A DNA stretch of 63,043 nucleotides, counting the filler, from Octopus bimaculoides (Eukaryota), in the NCBI RefSeq assembly GCF_001194135.2. It is 4 parts of 4 records of this genome, joined end to end, with 100 filler letters (N's around TTAATTAATTAA, not from the genome) between each part and the next. Parts side by side here need not be neighbours in the genome. Positions count along the whole stretch, not along the records: positions 1 to 17,703 come from NC_068983.1; 3 more parts are not named here. One strand, 5' to 3'. The translations under genes and the position numbers were made by a program. Below, piece after piece: positions 1 through 13,255 of this stretch. The notes below the pieces were generated by a model, which saw only the letters and a program-made list of their open reading frames with translations, was not told the origin of the DNA and searched no databases. The first letter of the stretch is position 1; each line of letters opens with the position of its first letter.

Positions 1-42
<42 letters not shown>

Positions 43-2237
43 GTATATATATATATACAATTATAAATAAGGGCATGAGAAAAATCTCTATGCCAATATG
101 CTGAGAAATAGTCTTTAAATCGTCAATCACCACATACAATATATGTCATTATGAATATACGTTCTGCTGAAATCGAGGAAAGCAAGCCACTTGATGAAAT
201 TTTGGAAAAAAATGTTATCCTAAATTAGAAGTATGTATATATATATATATATATATATACATACACACTGCTTGCCTGTTAAATGTACAAGACCAGCCGG
301 CCATTATAGTGGAACAGTGACCGTAATCGTAATTATAGGAAAGACAGAGATCTCAGCAGTAATGCCTTCTGGACAATACTCAGTGAGGTTTCTCACACCT
401 AGTTGCGTGTTATATATTCTAACATAGCAGAAAAGAGCCAATTGGGTGTCAATGAACGTTATGCAGAATGTTATGGAGGAATGAAGGGCTGTGTGCTCTG
501 CATAAAAATAGGAGCTATTGTGTGTGGCTACATGAAAGTCATGAATAGATTGATATAGGAACGGAGTGGAATCTATCTTTTTTTTTATCGTTTTATGGTT
601 GCCTAAATGATCTGGTGTGGTTAAGCCTTGCAATTGGAACACCCGAGGCAGAGTTCCAGAAAACCACAAAATAAAATGTGTGTAGGTACCAATACTATAT
701 ACATTTATAGTCATTAGAACTTTTCTCTCTCTCTGTCCCTGTCTCGCTCTCACGCACACACGCGAACACGAACACACACATACACAAACACATACTCACA
801 CACACGCGCTCGTATAAAAAAATTATTTATATGTGTGTGTATATGTATATGACTGCATATATGCGTGTGTGCTATTGATGCGGGTGTTTGACAGATATAG
901 CTGAATGGGAAGTAGTGAATGAAGACAAAATTTAAATAAGAAATCCCTTATATATTACGAAAGGTGACATGTAACTTGCCTGCGTTGTCTCCATATGAAC
1001 AACTTAATCGGCATTTAGGTCAAAAGAAGTAGTAATTTATGGCCTAATGAAATACTAGTATATCAGTTTCGCGAATAGTATTGAAGTTGTAAACGCGTAA
1101 GCAACTGATACACGCATGCTTGTAAATAGCAGATAAATTTAAGCTAGGCATGGCTATATTTTTATTCATGCGTCAATTCTAACAAAATAGACCTAAAAGG
1201 GAGGTCTGATTCAACCAAAAACTTTCCTTGAAAGTCTGATATTAACACAGGCGCACTCAGACACACACAATCATATATACACGCACTCACAGACACTTAC
1301 TAGTAAAGAGTATGAATTTTTTATACCTCTCTTATATCATCTCGCGCGGCATCTCATATCTGCTTGTAATTAAATGCATATCAGTGTGTATATAAATGTG
1401 GTGATTAGATAAGTACTGGCTTATGCTATGCCCTGAAGACTTTGTTGTAGGTTCGTATAGCCACCTCGAGTTTCGTTGTAATTTTCTGGCTTCAGATATT
1501 ATAATTCTGGTAATAGGTACTGGATCTTTCCTTTCATTTATAGTCATTAGAACTATTTATTAACGTATAAACTTCAATGATCTAACTGGAACACAGTATA
1601 AGAGCTGCTAAACGCAAATACCATACTGATGCTCGGAAACAGTCCTATTTACATAATCACCAAACAAGAAATCTGATTTCTTAATGTGATCAAAGGTAGT
1701 CTATCTTTGATCAGTGCACTCATAATAATATTATAGTTTCTACAATATAGAAAGGACCGTGTTATTGAATGTAGAAAACTACCAATTCCAAAATTTGGGT
1801 TTGTAATTTAGAGATATGAACTTTGAAGATTTCTTACGAAGCTTTTAATAACACCAACTACTGCAATATATACATATGGAAATATGTACACAGTGCCAAT
1901 GAAAGTAATCAATACGAGGATGTTGGTTCTATTTAAATATTGGCGCAGGTATGTTAAGACGAATGTGTGAGTCGGAGGTGAAAAAGGAAACCAAGAACAC
2001 AGTACATGGTAGGATAGAAGTGGAAAATGGCTTAGCTATATTTACATAAATGGTGCAAATATTATTGGAAAGATAAACTTTAGTGACTGAGAAACGGTTT
2101 TATCACGTAGAAACAAGATTATACAAACATGATAGTAAAAATACACAGGAGCGCTGAATTATCTCCATGACTAGAGAAATGGCAATATATGAATATATGT
2201 AAGTATACATATATGTATATGTAATCATAGATTTGTA

Positions 2238-2287
<50 letters not shown>

Positions 2288-2424
2288 TATCTAAGCATCT
2301 CTCTCAATATATATGTTTATATGTTTATAATCCTTTACGTACGTAGCTACCTACATATTTATCACATGTATATGTATGTATATATTTATATATATATCTT
2401 ATATATATATATATATACCCACGG

Positions 2425-2463
<39 letters not shown>

Positions 2464-2882
2464 TATATACACTCGTTGTAGCAGTATAATTACTCTCTAA
2501 ATACTAAGTTTTCTTTAGCAAATGCCACTCATCATGTTTTCGTATACACTGTACACCCCTTTTGAATACATTCCTAATTTAATAGTCGAAATAATCAGGA
2601 GAGCACAACACTCCCACCCATTAATGCAGATGTCAACACGCACACATGTATATATATATGTATATTTGCATATGTGTGAATGTCAGTATATTTGTTTTTA
2701 AAATGCTTATATGGAAATATGAATATTTTATTCATGAATATTTGCATATATGTATTCATGAATATATATTCATGAATGTGTTTTAAATCACATAAAATAG
2801 TGCGGAAAGTAACAAGCTGAATTCTCCCAAATTTTTACTTCAGTTGTAATTTCACGAAGATTTCACGTACGATTCTTTTAAT

Positions 2883-3256
2883 TGTTGTTGTTGGCACTCC
2901 GTTGCTTACGACGTCGAGGGTTCCAGTTGATCCGATCAACGGAACAGCCTGCTCGTGAAATTAACGTGCAAGTGGCTGAGCACTCCACAGACACGTGTAC
3001 CCTTAACGTAGTTCTCGGGGATATTCAGCGTGACACAGTGTGACAAGGCTGACCCTTTGAATTACAGGCGCAACAGAAACAGGAAGTAAGAGTGAGAGAA
3101 AGAATACATCAGGGTTCACCACCATACTCTGCCGGAGCTTCATGGAGCTTTCGGTGTTTTCGCTCAATAAACACTCACAACGCCCGGTCTGGGAATCGAA
3201 ACCGTGATTCTATGACCGTGAGTTCGCTGCCCTAACCACTGGGTCATTGCGCCTCC
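2883..3256 (-). mobile_element. tRNA-derived SINE with RTE-like 3' tail and (CAA)n end
   Basis: Minus strand has an A-box-like TGACCCAGTGGTTAGGGCAGCG, a B-box GGTTTCGATTCC and a (CAA)n tail. A 14-bp target-site duplication ACGATTCTTTTAAT flanks it at 2869-2882 and 3257-3270. The RTE-like tail call is from recall. Confidence 0.9.
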
Positions 3257-3312
3257 ACGATTCTTTTAATAAATAGAATTAAATTGTAGAACAACTCAGT
3301 TAATATTTACGT

Positions 3313-3529
3313 AAGGCGGTGAGCTGGCAGAAACGTTAGCACGCTGGGCGAAATGCTTAGCGTTACGTTCTGAGTTCAAATTCCGTCGAGGTCGACTTTG
3401 CATTTTATCCTCTCGGAGTGATTAAATAAGTACCAGTTATACACTGAGGTCGATGTAATGGACTTAATCCCTGTGCTCGTCCTTATTTGTCCTCTCTATG
3501 TTTAGCCCCCTGTGGGTAATAAAGACATA
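3313..3529 (+). mobile_element. tRNA-like SINE, AAGGCGGYGAGCTGGCAGAA family
   Basis: Head AAGGCGGTGAGCTGGCAGAA, box GAGTTCAAATTCC and a central TTT(C/T)ATCCT...AAATAAGTACCAG domain shared with more than 8 other copies in the window. 12-bp TSD AATATTTAC(G/A)TA at 3302-3313 and 3530-3541. Confidence 0.9.
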
Positions 3530-4780
3530 AATATTTACATATCCCTGTTTAGGGTTCAGCATCGTCTAGAATAAATTACATAGTTTAAACGGTCTTAGAA
3601 TCGATTCATTCTCACACCAATATTACTCGGCAATCTTCTCGTTAACCTTTTTCAGTATTCATAAAAGAATGATTGATCTGGTAAAAGCATGTCTTCATTC
3701 TGTTTTCCAGTTATCCTATTTAAGCATAAAGAATCGCACTATGACATTGTTGCACCTTAGCAGAGTACATTAAATCTCTCAAACACTAAAAGGAAATTAT
3801 TTAAAGCAATCTATTTACAGTTACTGGATGAACCAACTTTATTTCGCTTTTTGAATAGAAATGCTCAATTAATCAAGTGAGCATTTTTTAAAATATATAG
3901 CACGTATGTATATCCTTATGTTTAGCTACAATCAAATGATCCCTCTGTATCGTTAGAAAGAAGAACAGTATGGACATTCTTTGCTAACACTAGTCCTTTC
4001 ATTTAAACGGAAAGATGGATGACACCGCATCTTGTGCTTAGGGACACTGAAACAGCTAATGTATTGAATTTTATCTTTAAAACCGCTATTGAAATGTTCC
4101 TCATTATGCTAATGATGTGTGCTTAGGAACATGGCTTAATCACAATACTAGAAATGTATGTTTATTAATGTTAAGATTTATAAATGTGGAGGATTAGAAT
4201 TTTATTAATACGATGCATATTTTCATTGAAGTCATTGTTACATAACACTGATGATATTCAATATTTCAATTGTATATATGCGACTTATTTTCATTCCAAT
4301 GTTTAAGTACTCAACACACACTTTTCCATCGCTTTCAAAGTTTTAAATATGAAGTTTTCTTTTAATTTAAAATATTATGCTTTTCTTTATTTCATTGCAT
4401 TTGCATCATTTGCAATCTTTCTTCCTTTATGTCAACTGCTCGCCTTTTTATGCGTTTTCTATATCTTTCATAGACTTATACCTACTTATATATATAGATA
4501 TATAAGTATATATATNNNNNNNNNNNNNNNNNNNNNNNNNNNNNNNNNNNNNNNNNNNNNNNNNNNNNNNNNNNNNNNNNNNNNNNNNNNNNNNNNNNNN
4601 NNNNNNNNNNNNNNNNNNNNNNNNNNNNNNNNNNNNNNNNNNNNNNNNNNNNNNNNNNNNNNNNNNNNNNNNNNNNNNNNNNNNNNNNNNNNNNNNNNNN
4701 NNNNNNNNNNNNNNNNNNNNNNNNNNNNNNNNNNNNNNNNNNNNNNNNNNNNNNNNNNNNNNNNNNNNNNNNNNNNNNNN

Positions 4781-4818
<38 letters not shown>

Positions 4819-4856
4819 ACATATATATATGTAAAAATATGTGACACTTATTCGGT

Positions 4857-4915
4857 GGCCATGATAAAACTCCGAGTTTCGGATGCCCACGCCAACATCT
4901 CTTCAATTATCCGAG
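4857..4915 (-). ncRNA. Decayed type I hammerhead ribozyme motif
   Basis: Minus strand reads GATAA-TTGAAGA-GATGTT..GGCATC-c-GAAA-CTCGGAG-T-T-TTATC. Stem I GATAA/TTATC, stem II 6 bp, near-palindromic stem III ACTC-G-GAGT, GUU triplet. Defects are C3U and one extra nucleotide in stem II. AATAAA and (TA)n follow in the sense direction. Confidence 0.55.
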
Positions 4916-5109
4916 CATTGAAAATTCCTGTGAAAAATTCCCGTTAAATATAGGAAATTACTGTATGGTTGACAAAAGACAAAAGAGCTAATAGACCGCT
5001 AAGTAAGTGGAGGGGGTAAAATTAAGGGAGTTGAGAAATCGATAGGTTCGCATAAGCGCATCAATCCGTACATTCGCCTATATCTATATACTAAACCACC
5101 CTCGATTTA

Positions 5110-5209
5110 AACACACACATGCTCACCCACATACACGCGAAAAACTATACATATATGTAAACACACACATGCTCACTCACATACTCGCCAAAAACTATAC
5201 ATGTATGTA
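5110..5209. repeat. 50-bp tandem duplication (2 copies)
   Basis: AAACACACACATGCTCAC...AAAAACTATACAT(A/G)TATGT occurs twice head to tail. Confidence 0.75.
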
Positions 5210-5612
5210 CATATGCATATATATATACACGCATACACACCCACACTCACTCGCACATAAACAAACCCGCACCCATACACACGCACGCAAAATAATTTTT
5301 TTATAGGGCTAAAAGCAGAAAACAATGTGTGAGAGCTATAATGTTAAAACGCGTCTTAACTGTGCATATTTTCGCATGCACGCAGATACATCTATATACT
5401 TAGCTACCCGCACACACGCATACATTCACAAGCGCGCGATAAGGTTCCATGTACGTGTATAGACACACAGGAAAAGAAAACAGGGTGGAGAAGAGAAAAC
5501 AGAAAAATATGTGTGGAAAAAATACAAAACATTAACTCTACAATTATGTAAAAAATATTTAAAAAATAATAAAAATGAAAATATATATAACAATATAAAT
5601 ATTCCAAGTAAA

Positions 5613-5784
5613 AAGTATAGAAGGGTAAAAAGCTTATACATAGACATAATATAGAAAGCAAATCCTATCAGTACATTACCATCAGCAAGTCCTATCAGTA
5701 AAAATATTTTAAAAAATTATAAGAAGTATAGAGAGATAAAAAGCTTATACACAGACACAATATAGAAAGCAAGTCCTATCAGTA
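5613..5784. repeat. Degenerate direct repeat, offset about 111 bp
   Basis: AAGTATAG...AAAAGCTTATACA.AGACA.AATATAGAAAGCAA.TCCTATCAGTA at 5613-5673 and 5724-5784. Confidence 0.7.
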
Positions 5785-7273
5785 AACTCTGGGGGACCAA
5801 AAAACGTAAGCAAATATTTGGCCACATGTGGACATGATCCGAAAAGTTGAATTTAGACACGTGGCGGGGTCTAAGCTGCCTTTGCAGATGAGCCATGTTT
5901 CCATATCACATAGACGGCACCTTCCGCTGCCGCTGGTGTAAGGTTTACACTTGGCTAAGATATTCCAATGGATGTTGTAAATGACACCTTTATCTTTTAA
6001 AAATAAGGTGTACAGGTGTGTGTTTAGGTCTGCATGGGTGTTTTATTTTTGCATTTAATTGACTGATTATGTCCAATTCTCCATTATCACTCAGCCTGAT
6101 TCCTATATATCTCCGATTAATACCAAGTTGTATTGATGATGAAACATAAAGAAAAATGTACGAATGAACTAGAAATTACAAGGCATAAATTAGGTTGTGT
6201 CGCAATAATCTAATAAAAGAAGAACAAATATTTGCGCGTCTGTGAGCGCCTGTTACTGCATTAATTCTGTTAAAGTATAATTTGCTAGCATCAGCAACCA
6301 AGTTTCCAACAAATATACAATATACAATTCCAAAAGAGTAAGAACACATTTTATAATATAGTTTTGGAGTATGTAGCCAGAAAATTTAAATGTAAAGAGT
6401 AAAAGCTGACAGGCATGACATGGCCTTACCTGGGGCTAAGCAACGACGATAATTAGCGAAAATACAGCATGCTATATAATGCGCCGTGTAGAGATGAAAC
6501 GGGTTTGAGTTTCATTAACCGATTTTACGAAAATTTCTTTTATTTAACTGACATGCAGTTAGTTCCTCAAATTTTGGTACCTGACATTTCAAATGTTAGG
6601 CTATACAAGGTGTTTGGCAGAATATATACGTATCAAGGTTAACGCACTTCATAATTCATTGACCGCACTTTATAATTCATTCACTGTTATTGATCCCATG
6701 TTATATATTTGAGAAATGATACTTGCAGAAAACCAGTCACTATTTTTTGTTATTCTCAAAAGAAATATGATTGCATGAACCTTATTAAGACAGTATTTTA
6801 TACTAGTTCTGAAACATTTTTATTGGAAAAAAATATGTACCAGCAATTTCAGGCAAACTCTCAGCCTATCGAACCTGCAATAACAACAGCATTAAGATCA
6901 TGATTATTTCATATCACTTTACAAATGTGGATTATGCTTTATGGCAAACATAATTTCCCAGTCTATTCCCTTTCGGGAAAAGATAATAGTACCGCGCTAA
7001 TTCGATGTTAGTGAAAAAATATTTCTCACTATTTAAATATAGGCGCTATTTACTTCGATAGAATTTTATTCAGTAATGTATTCCGTGCATATTATAAATG
7101 TAATTTAATCACACGTTACTTGTTTGGAATAGATACACGAGAGAATTAGTGTGTGAGTAGGTGTTGAAATATACATATATAGCATTCCCCACAAAATGTG
7201 TGCGTGTGTGCACGCGCATCTGTACGTATATGTACGCATGTGTGTATGCATATATGTGTATGTTTAAACATAT

Positions 7274-7376
<103 letters not shown>

Positions 7377-8065
7377 TATGTGTGTGTTACTACGTGCGTG
7401 TCTAGATATGTGAGGCAGTGTGTGTATGCGTGTGTCCACAAATAAATGTATTTGTATGCAAACATATATACTGTCTTACTAAATTACACCGAAATTCATT
7501 CTCGTAGATAATATGTCACAACGCTGCACTTCCCCTGAGCACAAAATGTCTTTTATTAAAACTACATAAAATTTCAATAAAAAGATATGCAATTTTAAAA
7601 TTCTGGTCAATCGAACAGAAAACGAATTCTTCCAAAAATTGGCTGGTTTCAAATTAAATTAATCAGATTTAATCATGTTTTTGAATTATTCGTAATTTTA
7701 TAGTTTCATTTCACTTACTTTTCATTGGCATATTAAAAAAATGCAAAAAAAAGAATCATTTCCGCTATGTTGAATCTACACTAAGATATGTTCCACAATT
7801 TATAAATTGAAATGGAAAGCTTTGACTGCAGATTCAATCAGCTGAATTATCTAAACAGTTCATTTCGTATGTAAAGAAATACGACATCCCTCTCTACCAC
7901 TCACATTTTACCAGTTTTTTTTCTTATATTTTCTAATTCTCATTGAGACACAAACTCACACAAGCACGTACTGTTCATCTTTGTTTCTCTCTTTTTGCTT
8001 GCGTGTATGCGTGCGCGGGTGTATTTCTCTCTTCAACCTCTCTACCTCTCTCACTCTCACTGCGT

Positions 8066-8103
<38 letters not shown>

Positions 8104-8768
8104 CGAGAGAGAAGAGGGGAAACATAAATGTTGGGCAATTGGTAAGGAAATAGACTGCGTGTTATATATACGGCTGAGATAGATATATTATTTACTGAAT
8201 AGTCATACTTTCACACTTTCTCATTGCATCATGTATATATATATATATATTCGAACATGTGTATGTGTGCTAATGTGCGCATGTGTGTGTGTATGTATGT
8301 ATGTGAGTGTGTGCCAATATAAATAAAACTGTTAAGCATAATTTCCCCCCTTTCTCTGTGTATCTGAGAGGATATTCAATTACCAATGGTCTGTTTGGTT
8401 AAAGGGTGACTCTCCATGATTACTGAGGTCAAAACACCAGTCTACGTGAAATGTAATCAATCGTCCAAATGATAAAGTAAACTCAAATTCAATTTTATTT
8501 CATTTGTTTTTATGTTCGATTCGTGTATCGTTTTCTTTTTGCACGGACTATTGATATCAATATTAATGTATTTATAGTTCATCAATTAGTTATAAACAAT
8601 TACAAAACCTATCAATTCAAAATTCGGAAGTGTATACTTAAGTATATACATAACTCATAAATACTTACCCATACACATATGTATGTGCGCATATACATAT
8701 ATGCAAACATATATGCGTACAAATACACCCGCGCGCACACACACACACACACAATCACACACACACAA

Positions 8769-8837
<69 letters not shown>

Positions 8838-9740
8838 ATTCTAGATAAACATATGCACACAAACGGTTATATTTGTGCATGTTTACACGTATCATAAATA
8901 TATTTTGTGTAAACTTAGAGATGATCCGGTCAAAATTGGTCTAAACCATATCTAACTTGATAGCAGCACATAACATAATTTGTTACATCATTCTTAATTT
9001 AACTTTTTTTAGTATCATGGTCCATCTAACTATTTCCTTGTAGTTTGCTGACAAATCTTCATGTAATGTTGGCTCCCTGGTAAACACAGAAGAAATTTGT
9101 CCACATATCTCGTTCCCTGTTACTTTGTTTTGAAGTAATGTTAAATAGAGTTGGGACTGTTGTGGAAGCATATACATATCATGATCCCGAACTGCGTAGT
9201 GGGTGTATAGCATAGTCCCAGCTTGGATGAATTGTGAAATCGTTAACATCATATAGACAATGCTGGCGTTATATTCTTCACGACATGGAAATGATGCGGC
9301 GCTCAGGGCAGAAATACGGCGTGCAGCCTCATTCCCCGTGGATATCAGCAGCCACGAATTTCCATCGAGATCATATGCTATTGTTTGTAACCGGCTTGTT
9401 TCAAAATCAAAGGTCAAAAGAGAGGCTAACCTGTCAAACGAGAACACATGTAGATAGTTCTGTTTGACAAATCACTACACATGTCTTTCTGCGGGCAAAC
9501 TCGAAATCAGTTCTCTTTGCACCACTATAGAAGAAGGTGCGAGATAAGCGTTGTGGTCTTCATTTACGAACATAGAACTATATCCCCAATAAAGAGATAG
9601 CTTTTGTCATACTCCCGATAAGCACGAACTCCATCCCCTACTAAATCTCCCAACAGTAGCTTGGTAGACAATATCCACAAGTTTTACTTTACTATCTCCC
9701 TCCTTGTACACTACCCATATATATATATATAAACAACACT

Positions 9741-10452
9741 GATGGAGATTGTGAAAACCTACAAGAATCCTATGTGAGGGAAAGAGCAGACAAAGAAGCC
9801 TGGGTTATAAAAAACATCGAGTCAAACCCACAGGCCTTTTTTCATTATGCCAAAGAAACAACATCTGTACGCTGCAAAATAGGACCCCTCTTCCAAGAGG
9901 ATGGCTCCTTCACAGATAGTCCGAACAGGATCAGTGAGGTACTGAATAACCAATTCGAAAATGTCTTTACCACCCCATTAGAACACATAGAATTGAACGA
10001 ACTAGTGGATTCCTTTGCCACCTCATCTATAGCCAGCGAGGCAGTTATGATGGAATACATCGACATTAGTGAAGAAGATATACTTCTAGCCAGATAAGGC
10101 TCATCTGCAATCCTCCTCGAATCGTGTATGCGTGCCCTAGCGAAACCTTTACAGATTCTCCTCCAGAGTTTTCTTGCAAATGACAGGCTGCCAAACAAAC
10201 TGAAGGAGGGAATAATATGTCCAATCCATAAAGAAGAAGCAGAGCACATGCCAAAAACTATAGGCCTATCAGTCTGACTTCACACATCAGCAAAGTCATG
10301 GAACGGATAGTCAGAGAGAAACTAATCGCATTCCTTGAAGATAACAACTTGCTTAGCGATAGCCGATTTAACTTTCGACCAGGTAGGAGATAAAGTGGAT
10401 CATGGTATGATATGTCACAAACTGCGTCATCTTGGCATAGCTAGAAAACTGC
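9741..10452 (+). mobile_element. CR1-group LINE ORF2 fragment (EN-RT linker and start of RT), pseudogenised
   Basis: Translation gives KNIESNPQAFFHYAK...SEVLNNQFENVFT...GIICPIHK / KNYRPISLTSHISKVMERIVREKL...FNFRPGR / DKVDHGMICHKLRHLGI. These are typical CR1/L2-group RT motifs, with a stop, a frameshift and deletions. Confidence 0.9.
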
Positions 10453-11564
10453 TGTATCTGACTTGGCTCTAATGATTATCGCCCCATTATTTGCCATAGA
10501 TATTTTCTGCTGATCGGGCGAAATGCTTTAGTAGCAGGGTATGTTTCCACAAGATTTACACGATGCTGTCATCATCATTCTGCATAAGAACAGGGTAGAT
10601 GAATCTGAGTGCTCTAAGCACAGTAGAAACCTATCCAGAGGATATGACAACATGGTAAAAGAAAACCTCCCAAGATTCCAGTAGTGGCTGAGGAGGTACC
10701 TGGATCACCACTGACACCATGGACATGATATATATATATAATATGTTTGTGTGTATGAAACAGTCTAATATATTTTATATAAAGTTTAGGTTTTTCGTTG
10801 CGCATTATTATTGAAAGTAAATTCTCACCGTTTCAATTTTGTAATCGCTAACAAGAAATTATTTCAGCGTACAAGCCAAACATATAATTACTTAATCTAG
10901 AAATTTTCCCTATTTAAGAAGAATTATTAATTCTAATTTTCCATCTGCCTCCAATCACATTCGAGACCAGAGAACCGAGTGTATATATGGAATGCATAAA
11001 TCTATTAATTACGGTAGAAGAGTGCCAGTTGGTGCGGAAATCAAAGCATTGTTTTCGTTCTCTAATTAGCTGTTTTCAGTGTAATATCTGAGCCGAGTTG
11101 TCTATTTCATAAATTATAACATCCCATGAAATATTAAAGAATTTACTTTTGCGACAAAACGCACCACGCCATTTGTTCTAATGTTATCTGAAAATGTTAT
11201 AATTGTTATTAATTGATTATGCAAAAATATTATTTCTAATAGTGCTTTTTAATGAACAAAATTTCTTTGAAACACCATGGTTTCTTATCAAATTATTCAT
11301 AGATACTAATACGACAAAATTTAAACAGCCAAATAGTCCAGAACGATATGTGTCTGTGAGTATATGAGTGTATGTGCGTATATAAATTGTATATGTAATA
11401 TTATGAATGCATGGATGCATAATTCAAAAGAAATTATAACCATTTGTACCAACGTCACTCTGAGAATCTTTTTAGAACATTCAACAAGAGTATTTACTGC
11501 AAGTGTATGTAGAGGAATTTATTTGCGACGTATGAAAACTGCGAATTTAAAAACCAACGCTATT

Positions 11565-11565
<1 letters not shown>

Positions 11566-11612
<47 letters not shown>
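11566..11612. repeat. (TAA)n microsatellite
   Basis: Direct reading. Confidence 0.95.
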
Positions 11613-11616
<4 letters not shown>

Positions 11617-11636
11617 CAATACAATACCAATACCAA

Positions 11637-11982
11637 TACCGACTAAAACAATACCTATTGTCATAGGTGCCCTGGGAATGACAGCAAAACGGGCTGATTA
11701 CTACCTAGATCAGATACCAGGAAACCTCAAAATGGCTGAAGTTCAAAAGATAGTGCCCATGGGAACTGCCCATATCCTACGTAAAATACTGTCTATGTGA
11801 TCACAAATTTTAAAACAAACACATAATTTTCTTATGGTTTCTTAAACATTCTCTAGAACAACACTATGTACAAATCCAAATATATGGTACCCTAGGCATA
11901 ACACCATAACAACTTCTAACTTGTTGTCTCTTGAGGTCTCTGGGTGAGACTTGTACAAATGCAAAACAAAAGTCAAACATAA

Positions 11983-11983
<1 letters not shown>
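11637..11983 (+). mobile_element. 5'-truncated R4/Dong-type non-LTR retrotransposon (RLE C-terminus plus 3' UTR) inside (TAA)n
   Basis: 11642-11800 translates TKTIPIVIGALGMTAKRADYYLDQIPGNLKMAEVQKIVPMGTAHILRKILSM*, the typical PIVIGALG...GTAHILR terminus of R4-clade elements. Both sides are (TAA)n, the known Dong target. Confidence 0.85.
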
Positions 11984-12038
<55 letters not shown>

Positions 12039-12083
12039 TAGTAGTAGTAGTAATAGTAATAATAATAATAATGATGATAATGA
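11984..12083. repeat. (TAA)n/(TAG)n/(TGA)n compound microsatellite
   Basis: Direct reading. Confidence 0.95.
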
Positions 12084-13255
12084 TTTTATTTAGTTGCCAC
12101 GAGGGCGAAAGAGGAGATGGACAGTACAGTGATAGACATAAAGTGTGTGAGTTTCATATAATAATGAAATGATAAATAGTAAAAAAAAAAGTATACACGG
12201 TATCCACTGGGAAACAGGAGATATGCATGGCATACAGAATAAAATAAAATGGGGAGGGGGGTGATAGAGATGTGATCCTCCTGATGGAGGAGCGCCTGTA
12301 GGGATAATCGAGGAACCTCACCGTCCAAAGTTTTCCTAAAACTCTATGAGCAAGTGCCCTCTCCAATTCTTTCTCTCCGACTCACAGGTCTACACTTAGA
12401 GAAGTACCATCCACTCTTGCGATTTTCGCAACTCTCACCCACCATTCGATTCATTCACTCGAGGACAGCACTCCCCTCTCCACTCTCAATTTCCTTTTCA
12501 AGTGAAACATGAAAAAGTAAATGAGAGCTCTACTAATGAGGAATATATCTGTCCTCATGCTTTTCAACCTTGTCCATCAAACAACCTCTTTTGTCACAAC
12601 TACCTGCCTGCCCGATTGAAGGAGCAAACATCACTACAGACACGGCTGACAGACGCATCCGTCTGACACGTGACAGTAGCTGTTCAACATAACCTCACAA
12701 GTCTGCAATGCCCGGAAACTAAAGGAGGGCGTGCAGAAAGGTTTCGTCACTATGCGTGCACCTTAGAAAAGTCGGTCTGACAGCGCAATGTGTGTCTATA
12801 GAGCTTGTCTCGAACCGGTAAGCGCTCCCCGGTAACACTGCCAAGCCAGGGCATCTAAAAATTATCCATATTTCTCAACCGCAAAGTCCTCCGGAACAGA
12901 CTAGCCGTTCGTTCTCGTCGGAGCCCAAAGTCCAGTACCATCGTCGACCTATCCCCCTCTCCAAACAGCCGCGCGAAGTATTGCTGAAAAGCGGCACACA
13001 TCTGCGCAGAGCCGCGTAGCATGCACTCATCACGATCCGTCACAGACCTTATTGTGTTTTTGTTTTCACGTCGCGTCTCTACCGTTCGAGCCCATCAGGC
13101 AGCTTTAGCTCCTTCCTGTTTGAATGCACGAGCCTTTGCTCTAGTAGCGCAACCATCGTGTTTCGCTTCGAAGAAATGATCAAGGATCATCCAGTCTGTT
13201 AACACATCGGTCGCAATGCACTTTTGATGCCTCTTCTAATTTGCTGTTTACCAGC
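12084..13255 (-). mobile_element. Tx1/L1-type LINE remnant with most of the RT deleted
   Basis: Minus translation LDHFFEAKHDGCATRAKARAFKQEG...TIRSVTDRDE...MCAAFQQYFARLF (EN-RT linker) joins almost directly to LPVRDKLYRH and a decayed C-terminal Cys/His region. It ends in a T-rich 3' UTR with AATAAA at the (ATT)n array. Confidence 0.75.
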
